64,000 bases of DNA, taken from Clostridia bacterium. GTDB lineage: Bacteria > Bacillota > Clostridia > TANB77 > CAG-508. A program made the position numbers and the translations under genes. The notes beneath the pieces are model-generated. The model searched no databases. It was given only the letters and a program-made list of their open reading frames with translations, and was not told where the DNA came from. Within the stretch, counting starts at the first letter, position 1, and each line of letters opens with the position of its first letter. The stretch covers positions 55,026-119,025 of the forward strand of contig JAZUKI010000007.1 of NCBI GenBank assembly GCA_045643205.1, given 5' to 3'. This document shows, piece after piece, positions 1-10,834 of this stretch.

Positions 1-614
1 TTTAAAAAAGCTTTTGTTTCTTTAGGGAACATTGTATACATCTCGCATATCAACCAAGCTTCCGCCATATTTATATAGAATTTATCGCTGTTAATTTTAT
101 TTAAAGTACTAAATATTATTTCTAAATTTTCTTTACTTATAAAGTGATTTAAAATGATGACCAATCCTACTCTTGATATAAATTCTTTACTATTTAAACT
201 CATTTCAATTGCTTCTTTAAAATATTTTTCTTCGTATTTTTCTACTATTTTTAAAGAACTACAAAAGCTATCACATAAAGCCCAATTATCGATTTTTTTT
301 ATGAACTTCTTATAATTTTTATAAAATATTTTTTCATCTTTTATATGAGAAATAACTAATCCTTGAATCATTACTTCTTCATAATATTTTTCTTGAGCTA
401 TCTTTAAAAAACCTTCAATATCACCTTTAGCAATTATCTTTGCAATATTACGCATAATTGGTACTCGGATTCCTATAAATTCATACTTTGAATTTAATAC
501 AAGTGAAGTATGGAATTCTTTGTATTCTAAATCTTGTATACTTTTTAAATAAGTTATAAATGTTTTATAAGTTTTTTCTGTCCATTCTTTAGGACATTCA
601 AATTGATCACTCAT
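1..614 (-). CDS. DNA alkylation repair protein (AlkD-like HEAT-repeat family), runs off the window edge
   Basis: Not in the ORF track. Manual translation from ATG 614 (SD GGAGTG) gives MSDQFECPKEW...IGIRVPIMRNIAK...YYEEVMIQG...IDNWALCDSF...YINMAEAWLI, containing the GIR.P, NW..CD and MA.AW motifs of this family. Confidence 0.8.
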   Translation of the reverse strand, partial: MSDQFECPKEWTEKTYKTFITYLKSIQDLEYKEFHTSLVLNSKYEFIGIRVPIMRNIAKIIAKGDIEGFLKIAQEKYYEEVMIQGLVISHIKDEKIFYKNYKKFIKKIDNWALCDSFCSSLKIVEKYEEKYFKEAIEMSLNSKEFISRVGLVIILNHFISKENLEIIFSTLNKINSDKFYINMAEAWLICEMYTMFPKETKAFL

Positions 615-636
615 TTTCACTCCATTTGTATTATTC

Positions 637-1113
637 TTAATAAATTGTTTTATCTTCTTTTTCTTTAAATTTATTAAATGTTTCTATTGTTTCTTCTCTA
701 TCCATAGTTGCTAATTCTAGAACATTATTATCATTTTCGTTCTCTGATAATTTTTTAATATAACTATAAATAAAGTCATCTCTAAATCCAATATCTGCTG
801 CATCTTCTTTTGTATTGCCATAATAAACTTTCTTAATATTTGACCAAATTATTGCTGATAAACACATTGGACATGGATAACAAGAAGTATATAATTCACA
901 TCCACTTAAGTCATATGAATTAATGTTTTTACATGCATCTCTTATTGCCATTACTTCAGCATGAGCTGTTGGATCATTGTTACATAAAACATGATTTGAT
1001 CCTCTTCCTATTATTTTTCCATCTTTTACAACGCAAGCGCCAAAAGGACCTCCTGCATTTGTTTCTAAGTTTTCTTCTGCTAGCTCTTTAGCTATTTTCA
1101 TAATTTCATTCAT
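637..1113 (-). CDS. guaD: Nucleoside/guanine deaminase (cytidine deaminase superfamily)
   Basis: GGPFGA, HAE and PCPMC zinc motifs plus the GFRDDFIY motif typical of Bacillus-type GuaD. Confidence 0.85.
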   Translation of the reverse strand: MNEIMKIAKELAEENLETNAGGPFGACVVKDGKIIGRGSNHVLCNNDPTAHAEVMAIRDACKNINSYDLSGCELYTSCYPCPMCLSAIIWSNIKKVYYGNTKEDAADIGFRDDFIYSYIKKLSENENDNNVLELATMDREETIETFNKFKEKEDKTIY

Positions 1114-1175
1114 TTGTAATCTCCCTATAAATTTATTATAGCAAATAATATTTGAAACTAAATTCTTCTAATTAT

Positions 1176-1212
1176 AAAAAAAGATTCTAACTAGTAATAG
1201 TTAGAATCTTTG
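1176..1212 (-). terminator. Intrinsic terminator after tRNA-Met
   Basis: Inverted repeat AAGATTCTAACTA-gtaa-TAGTTAGAATCTT with a U-tract on the minus strand. Confidence 0.8.
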
Positions 1213-1217
1213 ATGTC

Positions 1218-1294
1218 TGGTAGCGATGAGTGGATTCGAACCGCTGACCGATCGGGTATGAACCGATTGCTCTAGCCAACTGAGCTACATCGCC
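1218..1294 (-). tRNA. tRNA-Met(CAT), elongator-like
   Basis: GGCGATGTAGCTCAGTTGGCTAGAGCAATCGGTTCATACCCGATCGGTCAGCGGTTCGAATCCACTCATCGCTACCA: cloverleaf, CAT anticodon, TTCGA loop, encoded CCA. It lacks the initiator GGG/CCC anticodon stem; Ile2 is not fully excluded. Confidence 0.95.
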
Positions 1295-1312
1295 ATAAAT
1301 TTGACAAGGTTT

Positions 1313-1341
1313 ATTATACTAGAAATAACTCACCTTGTCAA
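1313..1341 (-). promoter_or_regulatory. Sigma-A promoter of tRNA-Met
   Basis: TTGACA-17 nt-TATAAT, perfect consensus. Confidence 0.85.
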
Positions 1342-1431
1342 TTATATTATTAATTTTATTTAGTCTTATTTTTAGACTATTACATTTTCATATTAATCTG
1401 TTTTATAAGATCTTATATTTGCCTTTTAGTA

Positions 1432-1905
1432 CTATTTTTCAGCTTTTTCTGATTTTAATAAATCTCTAATTTCTTCTAATAGTTTTGTTTCATCACTTTT
1501 AACAACTTCTGCAACTTCTTCTGTTGTTTGTTTCTTTCTCATCTTGTTACCAATTGATGTTACAATTTTTAATGATAAGAATAATATAAGTGCTACTAAT
1601 AAGAAATCAACTACATTTTGGATAAATGCACCATATGTAATTACTGTTTCACCAATCTTTGCATTTAGACTTGTGAAATTAACGTTTCCAATTAAAGCTC
1701 CAATAAGTGGCATGATAATATCATTTACAAGAGATGTAACAATTTTAGAGAAAGCACCACCAACGATAACGCCGACAGCCATGTCTAAAACATTTCCTCT
1801 CATTATAAATTCTTTAAATTCAGTTAGCATTCCTTTGCTTGCTTCTTTCATTTTTTCTTTCTTAGCTTTTAATTCTTCTTTTGATAATTTTTCACCTTTT
1901 CCCAT
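1432..1905 (-). CDS. mscL: Large-conductance mechanosensitive channel
   Basis: EFKEFIMRGNVLDMAVGVIVGGAF...LVNDIIMP...YGAFI...LLEEIRDLL. Confidence 0.95.
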   Translation of the reverse strand: MGKGEKLSKEELKAKKEKMKEASKGMLTEFKEFIMRGNVLDMAVGVIVGGAFSKIVTSLVNDIIMPLIGALIGNVNFTSLNAKIGETVITYGAFIQNVVDFLLVALILFLSLKIVTSIGNKMRKKQTTEEVAEVVKSDETKLLEEIRDLLKSEKAEK

Positions 1906-1923
1906 AATCTTTCTCCTTTTTAT

Positions 1924-2160
1924 TTATATTAATTTTACAGTTTGATCTAGTGGAACTTTTTGTTTAGTAGGTATTCCTATAATTTCAAATTTTGAAGTAG
2001 AATTTCCAAATTGAATTTCAATTATATCTCCAACTTTTACTTCATAACTAGGCTTTACTACTCTTCCATTTGCCTTAATTCTGCCATTATCTGCTGCTTC
2101 ATTTGCTACAGTTCTTCTTTTGATTATTTGTGTAACCTTTAAAAATTTATCTATTCTCAT
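1924..2160 (-). CDS. S4-domain RNA-binding protein (YabO/RqcP, Hsp15 family)
   Basis: MRIDKFLKV..IIKRRTVANEA...GRI..NG...KPS.EVKVGD. Confidence 0.9.
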   Translation of the reverse strand: MRIDKFLKVTQIIKRRTVANEAADNGRIKANGRVVKPSYEVKVGDIIEIQFGNSTSKFEIIGIPTKQKVPLDQTVKLI

Positions 2161-2204
2161 GTGTTTTTCCTTTCAAAAGTAGCTTTATAATATCACCTTT
2201 TTAA

Positions 2205-5200
2205 TTAAATTTCTACTAATTTATTTAGGTAAGTTGAATATATTACTTTTTGAGCTACCTTTCTATGTGTTGATTTTTCAATGGCTATTTTATACATATT
2301 TAGTTGATTACTGTATCGTTCTTTTAAAACCTTTTCATCAACATTATGATCAGTCTTATAATCTACCAAAATTAAATCTCCATCTTTATCAATATAATAT
2401 AGGTCGATAACACCTTGAATTAATATCTTTTCACCAGTTCCTTCATAATCTATATTCATATAAAACGGTGTTTCTTTATGAATTTCTTTTGCTTCTTTTA
2501 ATGCTTTAAATAAATCTGATTCAATATAGTTTTCTATTATCTTTTTATCTTTAATCAAATATTCTTTTTCAAACTCTTTTAATTTTAATTTTTCAATCAA
2601 TCTTTCTATATCTTCATCTTCTATTTTTTCTAAAGCTTTGTGTATCAATGTTCCTTTATGTGCTGATGTAAGTTCTTCTTCCTTATCAATTTTTAATTCA
2701 TCAAATGTTTGGAAGGTGTTTTCGTTGAAACTTTCTTGCTCATCATTTAGTGAATCTAATAATACAACTTCGCTATCTTCAAATTTTAAATTGCTATTTT
2801 TTAATGCAGTAACAGAAGTCTTACTTTGTAAATCAATTCTAACTTTATCTTTATATTCCCATTTTAGTAATTCATCAATTTGTTGATATTTTGCTTTATC
2901 TAAGTTTACTTCTAGTTTTCTTAAATCAATTTTATTAATATCTTCATCACTTGCTGGCCTTTCAATGTCTTCACGAGAAACAAAGTTTATTTTCAAGTTT
3001 AGTTTATCAGTTGCTTGATTTACTAGCTCAATCCAGTCTATATATCTTGCATATTTGCTAACTATTTTACTTGATAATTTCTCATGCTTGTTAAATCCAA
3101 AGAATTTTTTAATTTCTTCGCCTTTTTTATTGTATTTTTCTTCAGCTTTTTTGTCTGATCCAATGATTAGTAGTTTTTCTTTTGCTCTTGTTAAAGCAAC
3201 ATATAGAAGTCTCATTTCTTCTGAAACCATTTCATTTCTAGCTTTTATATTTATTGCTTCTTTTGCAAGAGTTGGATATCTTGTGTATTCATTTATAAAA
3301 TCAACACCTAATCCTAAATCTTGATTTAAAATAACTTTATTTGATAAATCTGTTAGATTAAATTGTTTTCCTACACCACATAAAAATACAACGGGAAATT
3401 CTAGACCTTTACTTTTGTGAATACTCATAATTCTTACTACGTCTTCATTTTCGCCTATAATTTTTGCTGCTCCAATTGTGTTTTTAGGCTTGCTAGCTAC
3501 TCTTTCTATAAAAGTTATAAAATTAAATAATCCTTTAAAACTAATGCTTTCATATTCTTTTGCTTTTTCAAATAACTTTCTTAAATTTGCTTGTCTGATT
3601 TTTCCGTTTGGCATCATTCTTACATAATGATAATAACCTGTTTTAACATAGATATACCAAATTAATTCATCAAGTGGCATTACTTTTTCTTTTTTTCTTA
3701 AGTCATCAATCAAATTTAAAAAGTCTCTTATTTTTTCAAATAATCTAACTTCAATTAAATCTAAATCTTTGTGATTTATATCTGCTGGATTAAGTTCTAC
3801 ATAAGCTTTTTGAAGTGCATAATAAAAATTGTTTTCTCTATCAAATAATCTAATATCTACTAAATCATTGTCATTAAATCCTCCAATTGGTGAACGCATT
3901 GCTGTAATTAATTGAATATCTTGAAGTGGATTATCAATTACATTTAATAATGACAAGATTGTATCTATTTCTATTGTATGTAAATAATCTGAACCAACAT
4001 CTGTAAAAACAGGAATATTTGATTCAATCATTTCTTTTTCAAAAATAGGTGCCATTGTTGATGGGCTTCTCATCAATATACACATATCTCTATATTGAAC
4101 ACCTTGATCATGAAGCTCTTTTATTTTGGTACAAAGTAAATCTGCTTCAAGTGTTGACCATTCAACAACTTCCTCTTCTATTTCATTTTCTTCTTCATCT
4201 TCGTTTTCAATGTTCAAATCATTTTCTTCATCTTTCCATATATCTTGAGTGGGTTCTTTTTTATTCTTTTCTATTACATACATTTCTGTTGAAACATCAA
4301 AACTAGGTTCTTCATAGTTTGCACCATAGTTTAGATATTCTTCTTCTGTGTAATCCATCTCTCCTAAATCTTTGCTCATAATAAATTGGAATATTGTGTT
4401 TGTGAAATCTAGAATTTGTTTTCTACTTCTAAAGTTCTTATATAATTGAACTTTAGATGGATTGTTTAGATTTGTTTCACCTTGAATTGCTAAATCGTAT
4501 TTTTCATATTTTTCTTGGAATAATTCAGGACGTGCTTCTCTAAATCTATAAATACTTTGTTTAACATCTCCAACCATAAAGATATTATGACCATTGCTTA
4601 CACTGCTTAAAATGCTTTCTTGAATTAAGTTTGAATCTTGATATTCATCTACTAAAATTTCATTGAATGAATATTTTTTTGCTATTTCAGTTTTTTCACC
4701 ATTTTCATCAATTAATAAATTTAATGCGATGTGCTCAATATCATTAAAGTCAATTATATTCTTTTCCATTTTTCTTCTATTGTATTCTTTTTCAAAATCA
4801 TACAATAGATTTCTTAAAGCAATTAAAGTTGGATACATTTCTCTTATATCATCGATTGCTTGTCTTGAATCAAATTTAAAATACTTTTCAGTTATATTTT
4901 TAATTTTTTTCTTAATGATATCTCTATCTTCTTTTGCTCTATTTTTTATTTCAATTTCTTCATCATTTAAACCTCTTTTTGAAGAACTCCATGTTTGAAA
5001 ACTCTTATTGATAGCATTTGCTGTTTTGTATGCTTCATCCCAAGTTGATATATTAAAACTTTCAATCATTTTTATATCTTCATCTACTGTAGATATCCAT
5101 GGTGCCAAATTTGTATAGTCTTTAATACGGTCTCTGATTTGATTAGCATTTATTGCTTCTGTTTCAAATTTTTCTTTACTATATTTTAGTATACTTTCAC

Positions 5201-5861
5201 CCCAAGGTGTTTCACTAAATTCTTCAACATTTTTTAGTTCAAACTTATTAATTGCTTCTTCTAACCATTTATGTGGAAATGGTACTGAAGATGTAAAACT
5301 ATAAATTTCATCTATTAAATCTTTTAAAGGTGTATCATCTTTATAATTTGTATATTTTTCAAGTAAGCTTAAAAAAGTTTTATCTTTTGCTTCATATTTA
5401 TCTTCAAAAACTTTTTCCATTGCTTCTTGTTTAATGATTTCATTTTCACTATCATCAGCAATTCTAAAATTGGCTGATAAGTTAGTTTCAAAGAAATTAT
5501 TTCTAATTACATCCAAACAAAAAGAATGGATAGTTGATATATGAGCACGATTAATCAAGCTAATTTGTTTTTGAAGGTTTTCATTATCAGGGTCTTCATC
5601 TAATTTTTTGTATAATGCTTTTAGAAGTCTTTCTTTCATTTCACTTGCTGCAGCATTAGTAAATGTAACAACTAAAAGGTCATCCACGTTTACATTATCA
5701 TTTAAAATTTTTCTTACAATTCTTTCAATTAATACTGTTGTTTTACCGCTACCGGCAGCAGCACTAACTAAAAAATTTGCACCCTTATCTTCAATTGCTT
5801 GAATTTGTTCGTCAGTCCATTTTTTTTCATTAGCCTGACTTTGCTCTTTTGTCTTATCCAT
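2205..5861 (-). CDS. addA: ATP-dependent helicase/nuclease AddA
   Basis: AAAGSGKT, TFTNAAA.EM, DEYQD, VGDVKQSIYRFR, SIHKSKGLEF, LYVALTRA and C-terminal nuclease motif GVIDL...DYKTD. Confidence 0.95.
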   Translation of the reverse strand: MDKTKEQSQANEKKWTDEQIQAIEDKGANFLVSAAAGSGKTTVLIERIVRKILNDNVNVDDLLVVTFTNAAASEMKERLLKALYKKLDEDPDNENLQKQISLINRAHISTIHSFCLDVIRNNFFETNLSANFRIADDSENEIIKQEAMEKVFEDKYEAKDKTFLSLLEKYTNYKDDTPLKDLIDEIYSFTSSVPFPHKWLEEAINKFELKNVEEFSETPWGESILKYSKEKFETEAINANQIRDRIKDYTNLAPWISTVDEDIKMIESFNISTWDEAYKTANAINKSFQTWSSSKRGLNDEEIEIKNRAKEDRDIIKKKIKNITEKYFKFDSRQAIDDIREMYPTLIALRNLLYDFEKEYNRRKMEKNIIDFNDIEHIALNLLIDENGEKTEIAKKYSFNEILVDEYQDSNLIQESILSSVSNGHNIFMVGDVKQSIYRFREARPELFQEKYEKYDLAIQGETNLNNPSKVQLYKNFRSRKQILDFTNTIFQFIMSKDLGEMDYTEEEYLNYGANYEEPSFDVSTEMYVIEKNKKEPTQDIWKDEENDLNIENEDEEENEIEEEVVEWSTLEADLLCTKIKELHDQGVQYRDMCILMRSPSTMAPIFEKEMIESNIPVFTDVGSDYLHTIEIDTILSLLNVIDNPLQDIQLITAMRSPIGGFNDNDLVDIRLFDRENNFYYALQKAYVELNPADINHKDLDLIEVRLFEKIRDFLNLIDDLRKKEKVMPLDELIWYIYVKTGYYHYVRMMPNGKIRQANLRKLFEKAKEYESISFKGLFNFITFIERVASKPKNTIGAAKIIGENEDVVRIMSIHKSKGLEFPVVFLCGVGKQFNLTDLSNKVILNQDLGLGVDFINEYTRYPTLAKEAINIKARNEMVSEEMRLLYVALTRAKEKLLIIGSDKKAEEKYNKKGEEIKKFFGFNKHEKLSSKIVSKYARYIDWIELVNQATDKLNLKINFVSREDIERPASDEDINKIDLRKLEVNLDKAKYQQIDELLKWEYKDKVRIDLQSKTSVTALKNSNLKFEDSEVVLLDSLNDEQESFNENTFQTFDELKIDKEEELTSAHKGTLIHKALEKIEDEDIERLIEKLKLKEFEKEYLIKDKKIIENYIESDLFKALKEAKEIHKETPFYMNIDYEGTGEKILIQGVIDLYYIDKDGDLILVDYKTDHNVDEKVLKERYSNQLNMYKIAIEKSTHRKVAQKVIYSTYLNKLVEI

Positions 5862-5891
5862 TCTACTTTCCAGTCCTATAAATTTTTATAT

Positions 5892-6872
5892 TTATTTTCC
5901 GAAAACTTGATGATTTTCTATTTGATTACCATTTAAATAATCTCTAACAGACATTCTTTTTGAATTTTCTGCTTGAACTTCTTGAATTAATATTGTTTTT
6001 TCACCTGTTTGAACTAATATTCCTTCTGGTGTAATATCAAGAATTTCACCAGGTGTCATTGAATATTTTTCAGCAGTTACACGTGTATATGTTTTCCAAA
6101 TTTTTAATTTTTTTCCATTTAAGAATGTATATGCTCCCATAATTGGATCAAGTCCTCTAACTAAGTTGTGAATTTCATTTGCTGTTTTGTTCCAATCTAT
6201 TAAAGCCATTTCTTTATTTAACATTGGTGCTAATGTATAATCATCACCTTGTCTCTTTATTCCTATTGCAGATTTTAATTGATTAACATTTTCTATAACT
6301 CTTGTTTCAGTTACTGATCTTATTTTATCAATTGTTTCAATTAAAAGATTTGCTCCTAGTTTAGACATTCTCTTCCAAAGTTGTCCTGTTGTTTCTTCAT
6401 AATCTATTGGTGTTTCAACTCTAAGAATCATGTCTCCTGTATCCATTCCTGCATCCATAAACATTGTTGTTATTCCTGTTGTATGGTCTCCGTTTAAAAC
6501 AGCCCATTGAATTGGTGCAGCGCCTCTGTATTTTGGAAGTAATGATCCATGAACATTTACACATCCATATCTTGGAATATCAAGTAATTCTTGTGGAAGT
6601 ATTTTTCCATATGCAACAACTACTATTAATTCTGGATTCATTTCTTTAATTTCATTCATGAATTCTTCATTGTTTTTTATTTTTTCTGGTTGTATTACCT
6701 TTAAACCTTTTTCTTCTGCAAAAACTTTTACAGGTGATGGTTCTAATTTCATTCCTCTTCCTGATGGTGAGTCAACTTTAGTTACTACTGCTAAAATATT
6801 GTGTCCTGCATCATATAATGCTTCTAAAGATTCTACAGCAAAATCAGGTGTTCCCATAAATAATATATTCAT
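5892..6872 (-). CDS. fmt: Methionyl-tRNA formyltransferase
   Basis: FMGTPDFA, NVHGSLLPKYRGAAPIQ, MDAGMDTGD. Confidence 0.97.
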   Translation of the reverse strand: MNILFMGTPDFAVESLEALYDAGHNILAVVTKVDSPSGRGMKLEPSPVKVFAEEKGLKVIQPEKIKNNEEFMNEIKEMNPELIVVVAYGKILPQELLDIPRYGCVNVHGSLLPKYRGAAPIQWAVLNGDHTTGITTMFMDAGMDTGDMILRVETPIDYEETTGQLWKRMSKLGANLLIETIDKIRSVTETRVIENVNQLKSAIGIKRQGDDYTLAPMLNKEMALIDWNKTANEIHNLVRGLDPIMGAYTFLNGKKLKIWKTYTRVTAEKYSMTPGEILDITPEGILVQTGEKTILIQEVQAENSKRMSVRDYLNGNQIENHQVFGK

Positions 6873-6975
6873 AATTATCTCCTATCTTTTCTTAAGTATT
6901 TTTATCTATTGATTTAAATTAATTATCTAGTTGTTGTTCTATATATAGTCGTTCTACATATTTAAAATTATTTAA

Positions 6976-7455
6976 TTATTGATCTAAATATTCTAATGTT
7001 CCTGGCTCCATTAAATCAACAAATAAAGTTCCGTCTAAATGATTTATTTCATGGCATAAGCATTGTGCTAATAAATCTTCTCCTTGAATAGTAATTTCTT
7101 TTCCGTTTTCATCTAATGCTTTAACAGTTACTTTTTTAGGTCTTCTTACCATAGCAAATTTGTTAGGAAAACTTAAACATCCTTCTTGGCATTCATGTGT
7201 TTCTCTAGATTCTTTTACTATTACTGGATTAACTAGTTTTAATGGTTTATGTTCATCATCATACCAAACATCAACTGTTACTAGTCTTTTTAAAATTCCG
7301 ACTTGAACAGCTGAAAGTCCTACTCCATTGCTGGCATGCATTGTTTCAACCATATCATCTAAAAGTTCTCTAATTCTATCATCTACGATTTCAACTTCTC
7401 TTGATTTTTTTCTAAGAATTTCATCCCCTTCAAATCTTAAATTTCTAATTGCCAT
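6976..7455 (-). CDS. def: Peptide deformylase
   Basis: [24 protein letters not shown]; adjacent to fmt. Confidence 0.97.
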   Translation of the reverse strand: MAIRNLRFEGDEILRKKSREVEIVDDRIRELLDDMVETMHASNGVGLSAVQVGILKRLVTVDVWYDDEHKPLKLVNPVIVKESRETHECQEGCLSFPNKFAMVRRPKKVTVKALDENGKEITIQGEDLLAQCLCHEINHLDGTLFVDLMEPGTLEYLDQ

Positions 7456-7488
7456 TTTTTACTCCTTTATACATATCTTGTACATATT

Positions 7489-9720
7489 TTATAACATATT
7501 ATTTGGATTTAACTCTATAGCTAGTCTTGCTGTTAAAACCTTCATATTATAAAAGGTTTCTAGAGCTCCATTCATTAAATCATTAATTTTCTCATCATAT
7601 TTGCATTTTACTATCATTCTCATTCTATACCTATCTTTAATTTTATCAATTGGTGATGGCACAGGAGAATATAATAAAACTCCAAATTTTTCATTTATAA
7701 CTCTGTCTTTTAAATAAGCATGTAGCGTATTAGCTACTTTTATTAGTTCATTCTTGCTTTTTGAAGACATTTCAGCTACGATTATATCACAGAAAGGTGG
7801 GTATTTCAACGACTTGCGGACTTCAAGCTCTGTGTCAAAAAATTCTTCATAATTCTGAGTTTTTGCTAATTCTATTGCATAATGTTCTGGATTATATGTT
7901 TGAACAATTACTCGTCCTGCTATTTCTCCTCTTCCTGCTCTACCTGCAACTTGAGTTAGAGTTTGGAAAGTTCTCTCTGATGCTCTAAAATCTTCAAAGT
8001 TTAATTCTGTATCAGCAGCAACAACTCCTACTAAAGTTACATTTGGAAAATCATGGCCTTTAACAACCATTTGTGTTCCTATTAAAATATTTATGTTTTC
8101 ATCTTTAAATTTTTTAAGAATTTCTTCGTGTGAATTCTTTTTCGAAACTGTATCTGAATCCATTCTTATTGTAGTTGAATTTGGAAATAAACTTTTTATT
8201 TCTTCTTCAAGCTTTTGAGTTCCTGCTCCGAATGTTCTAATGTTTTTACTATGACAATTTGGACATTCATTTACCATTTCTCTTTCGTTTCCACAATAAT
8301 GGCATTTCAATTTGTTTTCATATTTATGATATGTAAGAGTTATATTGCATCTGTCACATTTAATTGTTTCACCACAATCTCTGCACATAATAAATGAAGC
8401 AAATCCTCTTCTATTTAAAAACAAAATTGTTTGTTGATTATTATCTAAATTACTTTGTATTTCATCTCTTAGTTTTTCACTAATCATTGATTTATTGCCA
8501 TTAGCTAATTCATCTCTTAAATCCACAATATCAACAGTTGGAAGTGTGGATTTGTTTGCTCTATTTCTAATTGTTAATAATTTTATTTCATCTTGTTTTG
8601 CTTTGTAAAAACTTTTCATACTAGGTGTTGCACTGCCTAAAACAAGTGGTACACCAACTTTATCTTTTATATATTCTGCAATTTCAATTGCATTATATCT
8701 TGGATTACTTTCAGATTCATATGATTCATCATGTTCTTCGTCAATTACTATTAATCCTAAATTTTGTACTGGTGCAAAAATTGCTGATCTTGCTCCTATT
8801 ATAATTTTTGCTTTTCCTTCTTTGATTTTCATCCATTGGTCAAATCTCTCTCCAATAGATAATTTGCTATGAAGTACTGCAATGTTTTCTTCACCAAATC
8901 TTGCAATAAATCTATCAACTGTTTGTGGAGTTAACGAGATTTCTGGAACAAGCATAATACTTGATTTTCCTCTTTCTAGTGCTTTGCTAATAAGTTGTAA
9001 ATAAATTTCTGTTTTTCCGCTTCCTGTAACTCCAAAAATTAAATATTCATTTGCTGTATTTAAATTTTTACTTATCTCATTAAAAACTTTTTGTTGTTCA
9101 TCTGTTAATTTATAATTTTGGGTTTTTTGATTGACTTTATGTATAAATGGATTTCTTTCAACTTTTGTTGGAACTTTTTCAATGAATCCTTTCTTTTGAA
9201 GTGCTGTAACTACAGCTGGTGTGGCATCTGTAAAAAGTTCTATATCTTGCATACTTGAATTATCATTATTTAATAAAAACTCTAATACATCGATTTGTTT
9301 TTGAGATTTTATTTCTTTACTTTCAATTGCTTCTTCAATTTCTTCTCTGGTCTTAGCAAGAGAAATACAATTTATTTTCTTTTCTTTTATTCTATTATCT
9401 ATGTTTTTATTTGTTCTTCCTGGTGGAAGCATTAGTCTTAAGCAATCAGCTATATTGCAGAAATATCTATGAGCCATAAATTTAGATAATTCTAAATAAT
9501 CATCAGCAATTTGCTCTTCTTGTAATCCTGAAATAGGTTTAATTTTAAATTCAGATTTTTCTTTAATATTTACAACAATACCTTCTGCTAATACTTTTTG
9601 ATTTCCAAAAGGCACAAAAACTCTGCTCCCAACTTTTATTTCTAAATCAGTTGGGATTTCATAATCAAAAGTTTTATTTAATGTTTTTACACTTGTGTCT
9701 ATAATAACTTCTGCTACCAA
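7489..9720 (-). CDS. priA: Primosomal protein N'
   Basis: GVTGSGKTE, DEEHD, four CxxC pairs, QVAGRAGR; TTG start with SD. Confidence 0.97.
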   Translation of the reverse strand: MVAEVIIDTSVKTLNKTFDYEIPTDLEIKVGSRVFVPFGNQKVLAEGIVVNIKEKSEFKIKPISGLQEEQIADDYLELSKFMAHRYFCNIADCLRLMLPPGRTNKNIDNRIKEKKINCISLAKTREEIEEAIESKEIKSQKQIDVLEFLLNNDNSSMQDIELFTDATPAVVTALQKKGFIEKVPTKVERNPFIHKVNQKTQNYKLTDEQQKVFNEISKNLNTANEYLIFGVTGSGKTEIYLQLISKALERGKSSIMLVPEISLTPQTVDRFIARFGEENIAVLHSKLSIGERFDQWMKIKEGKAKIIIGARSAIFAPVQNLGLIVIDEEHDESYESESNPRYNAIEIAEYIKDKVGVPLVLGSATPSMKSFYKAKQDEIKLLTIRNRANKSTLPTVDIVDLRDELANGNKSMISEKLRDEIQSNLDNNQQTILFLNRRGFASFIMCRDCGETIKCDRCNITLTYHKYENKLKCHYCGNEREMVNECPNCHSKNIRTFGAGTQKLEEEIKSLFPNSTTIRMDSDTVSKKNSHEEILKKFKDENINILIGTQMVVKGHDFPNVTLVGVVAADTELNFEDFRASERTFQTLTQVAGRAGRGEIAGRVIVQTYNPEHYAIELAKTQNYEEFFDTELEVRKSLKYPPFCDIIVAEMSSKSKNELIKVANTLHAYLKDRVINEKFGVLLYSPVPSPIDKIKDRYRMRMIVKCKYDEKINDLMNGALETFYNMKVLTARLAIELNPNNML

Positions 9721-9811
9721 AGTTTTCTCCTTTATTATTTGTTTATTTCATAAGTTTTAACTATATTTTTTTATTTCACATGCTCTGACTCTATTGTTTA
9801 TTTTAACTCTT

Positions 9812-10648
9812 TTATTTGTTTTGCATTTCATATGCTTTAACTGTATTTTCCATAAGAGTTGCTACTGTCATTGGTCCAACTCCTCCTGGTGATGGTGTAA
9901 TATATGATGCAATATTTTTTACATTATCAAAATCAACATCACCGCAAAGTGTTCCATCTTCTTTTCTACTAACTCCTACATCTATTACTACAGCTCCTTC
10001 TTTTACCATATCTGCTCTAACCATATTGCGATGTCCTGTAGCTGAAATAATAATATCTGCTTGTTTCACTTCTTCTTCTATATTAATTGTTTTTGTATGA
10101 CATGTAGTAACTGTACAATTTTTACTTAATAATAGTTGTGCCATTGGCTTTCCTACTATATTACTTCTTCCTATTATAACTGCTTTTTTTCCTGCTAATT
10201 CGATGTTGTATTTTTCAAACATTTTCATTATTCCATATGGTGTACATGGAATAAATGTTGGCTTTCCAATACTTAGCCATCCAACGTTTACCGGATTAAA
10301 ACCATCTACATCTTTTTCTGGTTTAATGCATTCCGCAGCTTTATAGTAATCAATAGTTTGAGGTAATGGATATTGAAGTAAAATTCCATTTACTGCTTTA
10401 TCGTTATTTAATTTCTTAATTAATTTTATTAATTCTTCTTGTGTTGAAGAAGTTGTTAAAACATGTTCTTCATATTCGATTCCAACCTCTTGGCATGCTT
10501 TACTTTTAATTTTTACATATACTTTTGAAGCTTCATCATCTCCACATAAAATAACTGCAAGCTTTGGTTTTGTTTTAAATAATTTTACTTTTTCGGCTAA
10601 TCCTGTTCTTATTTCTTTAGCTAATTCTCTTCCATCAATTAAAACCAT
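9812..10648 (-). CDS. folD: Methylenetetrahydrofolate dehydrogenase/cyclohydrolase
   Basis: KDVDG, PCTP, GRSNIVGKP, PGGVGPMT. Confidence 0.97.
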   Translation of the reverse strand: MVLIDGRELAKEIRTGLAEKVKLFKTKPKLAVILCGDDEASKVYVKIKSKACQEVGIEYEEHVLTTSSTQEELIKLIKKLNNDKAVNGILLQYPLPQTIDYYKAAECIKPEKDVDGFNPVNVGWLSIGKPTFIPCTPYGIMKMFEKYNIELAGKKAVIIGRSNIVGKPMAQLLLSKNCTVTTCHTKTINIEEEVKQADIIISATGHRNMVRADMVKEGAVVIDVGVSRKEDGTLCGDVDFDNVKNIASYITPSPGGVGPMTVATLMENTVKAYEMQNK

Positions 10649-10834
10649 TTTTATCTCCTCACTTAGTTTTACTACACCCTTTTTATATCATATTTATCTT
10701 GAAAATAGAAGAAAATACAATATATTCCTTCTATTAAATTATTATTTCAATGTTGTAACATTTATTGTTATTATCTTTTTTGATTGATATACTTTTTAGG
10801 TATTATAATTTAATATTAAAAGGAGATTTATTTT

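Noticed and set aside
1-1217. Possible genomic island integrated at the tRNA-Met 3' end
   Set aside because: The tRNA is followed by a normal terminator and ordinary genes; no integrase or duplicated tRNA end is visible in the window.
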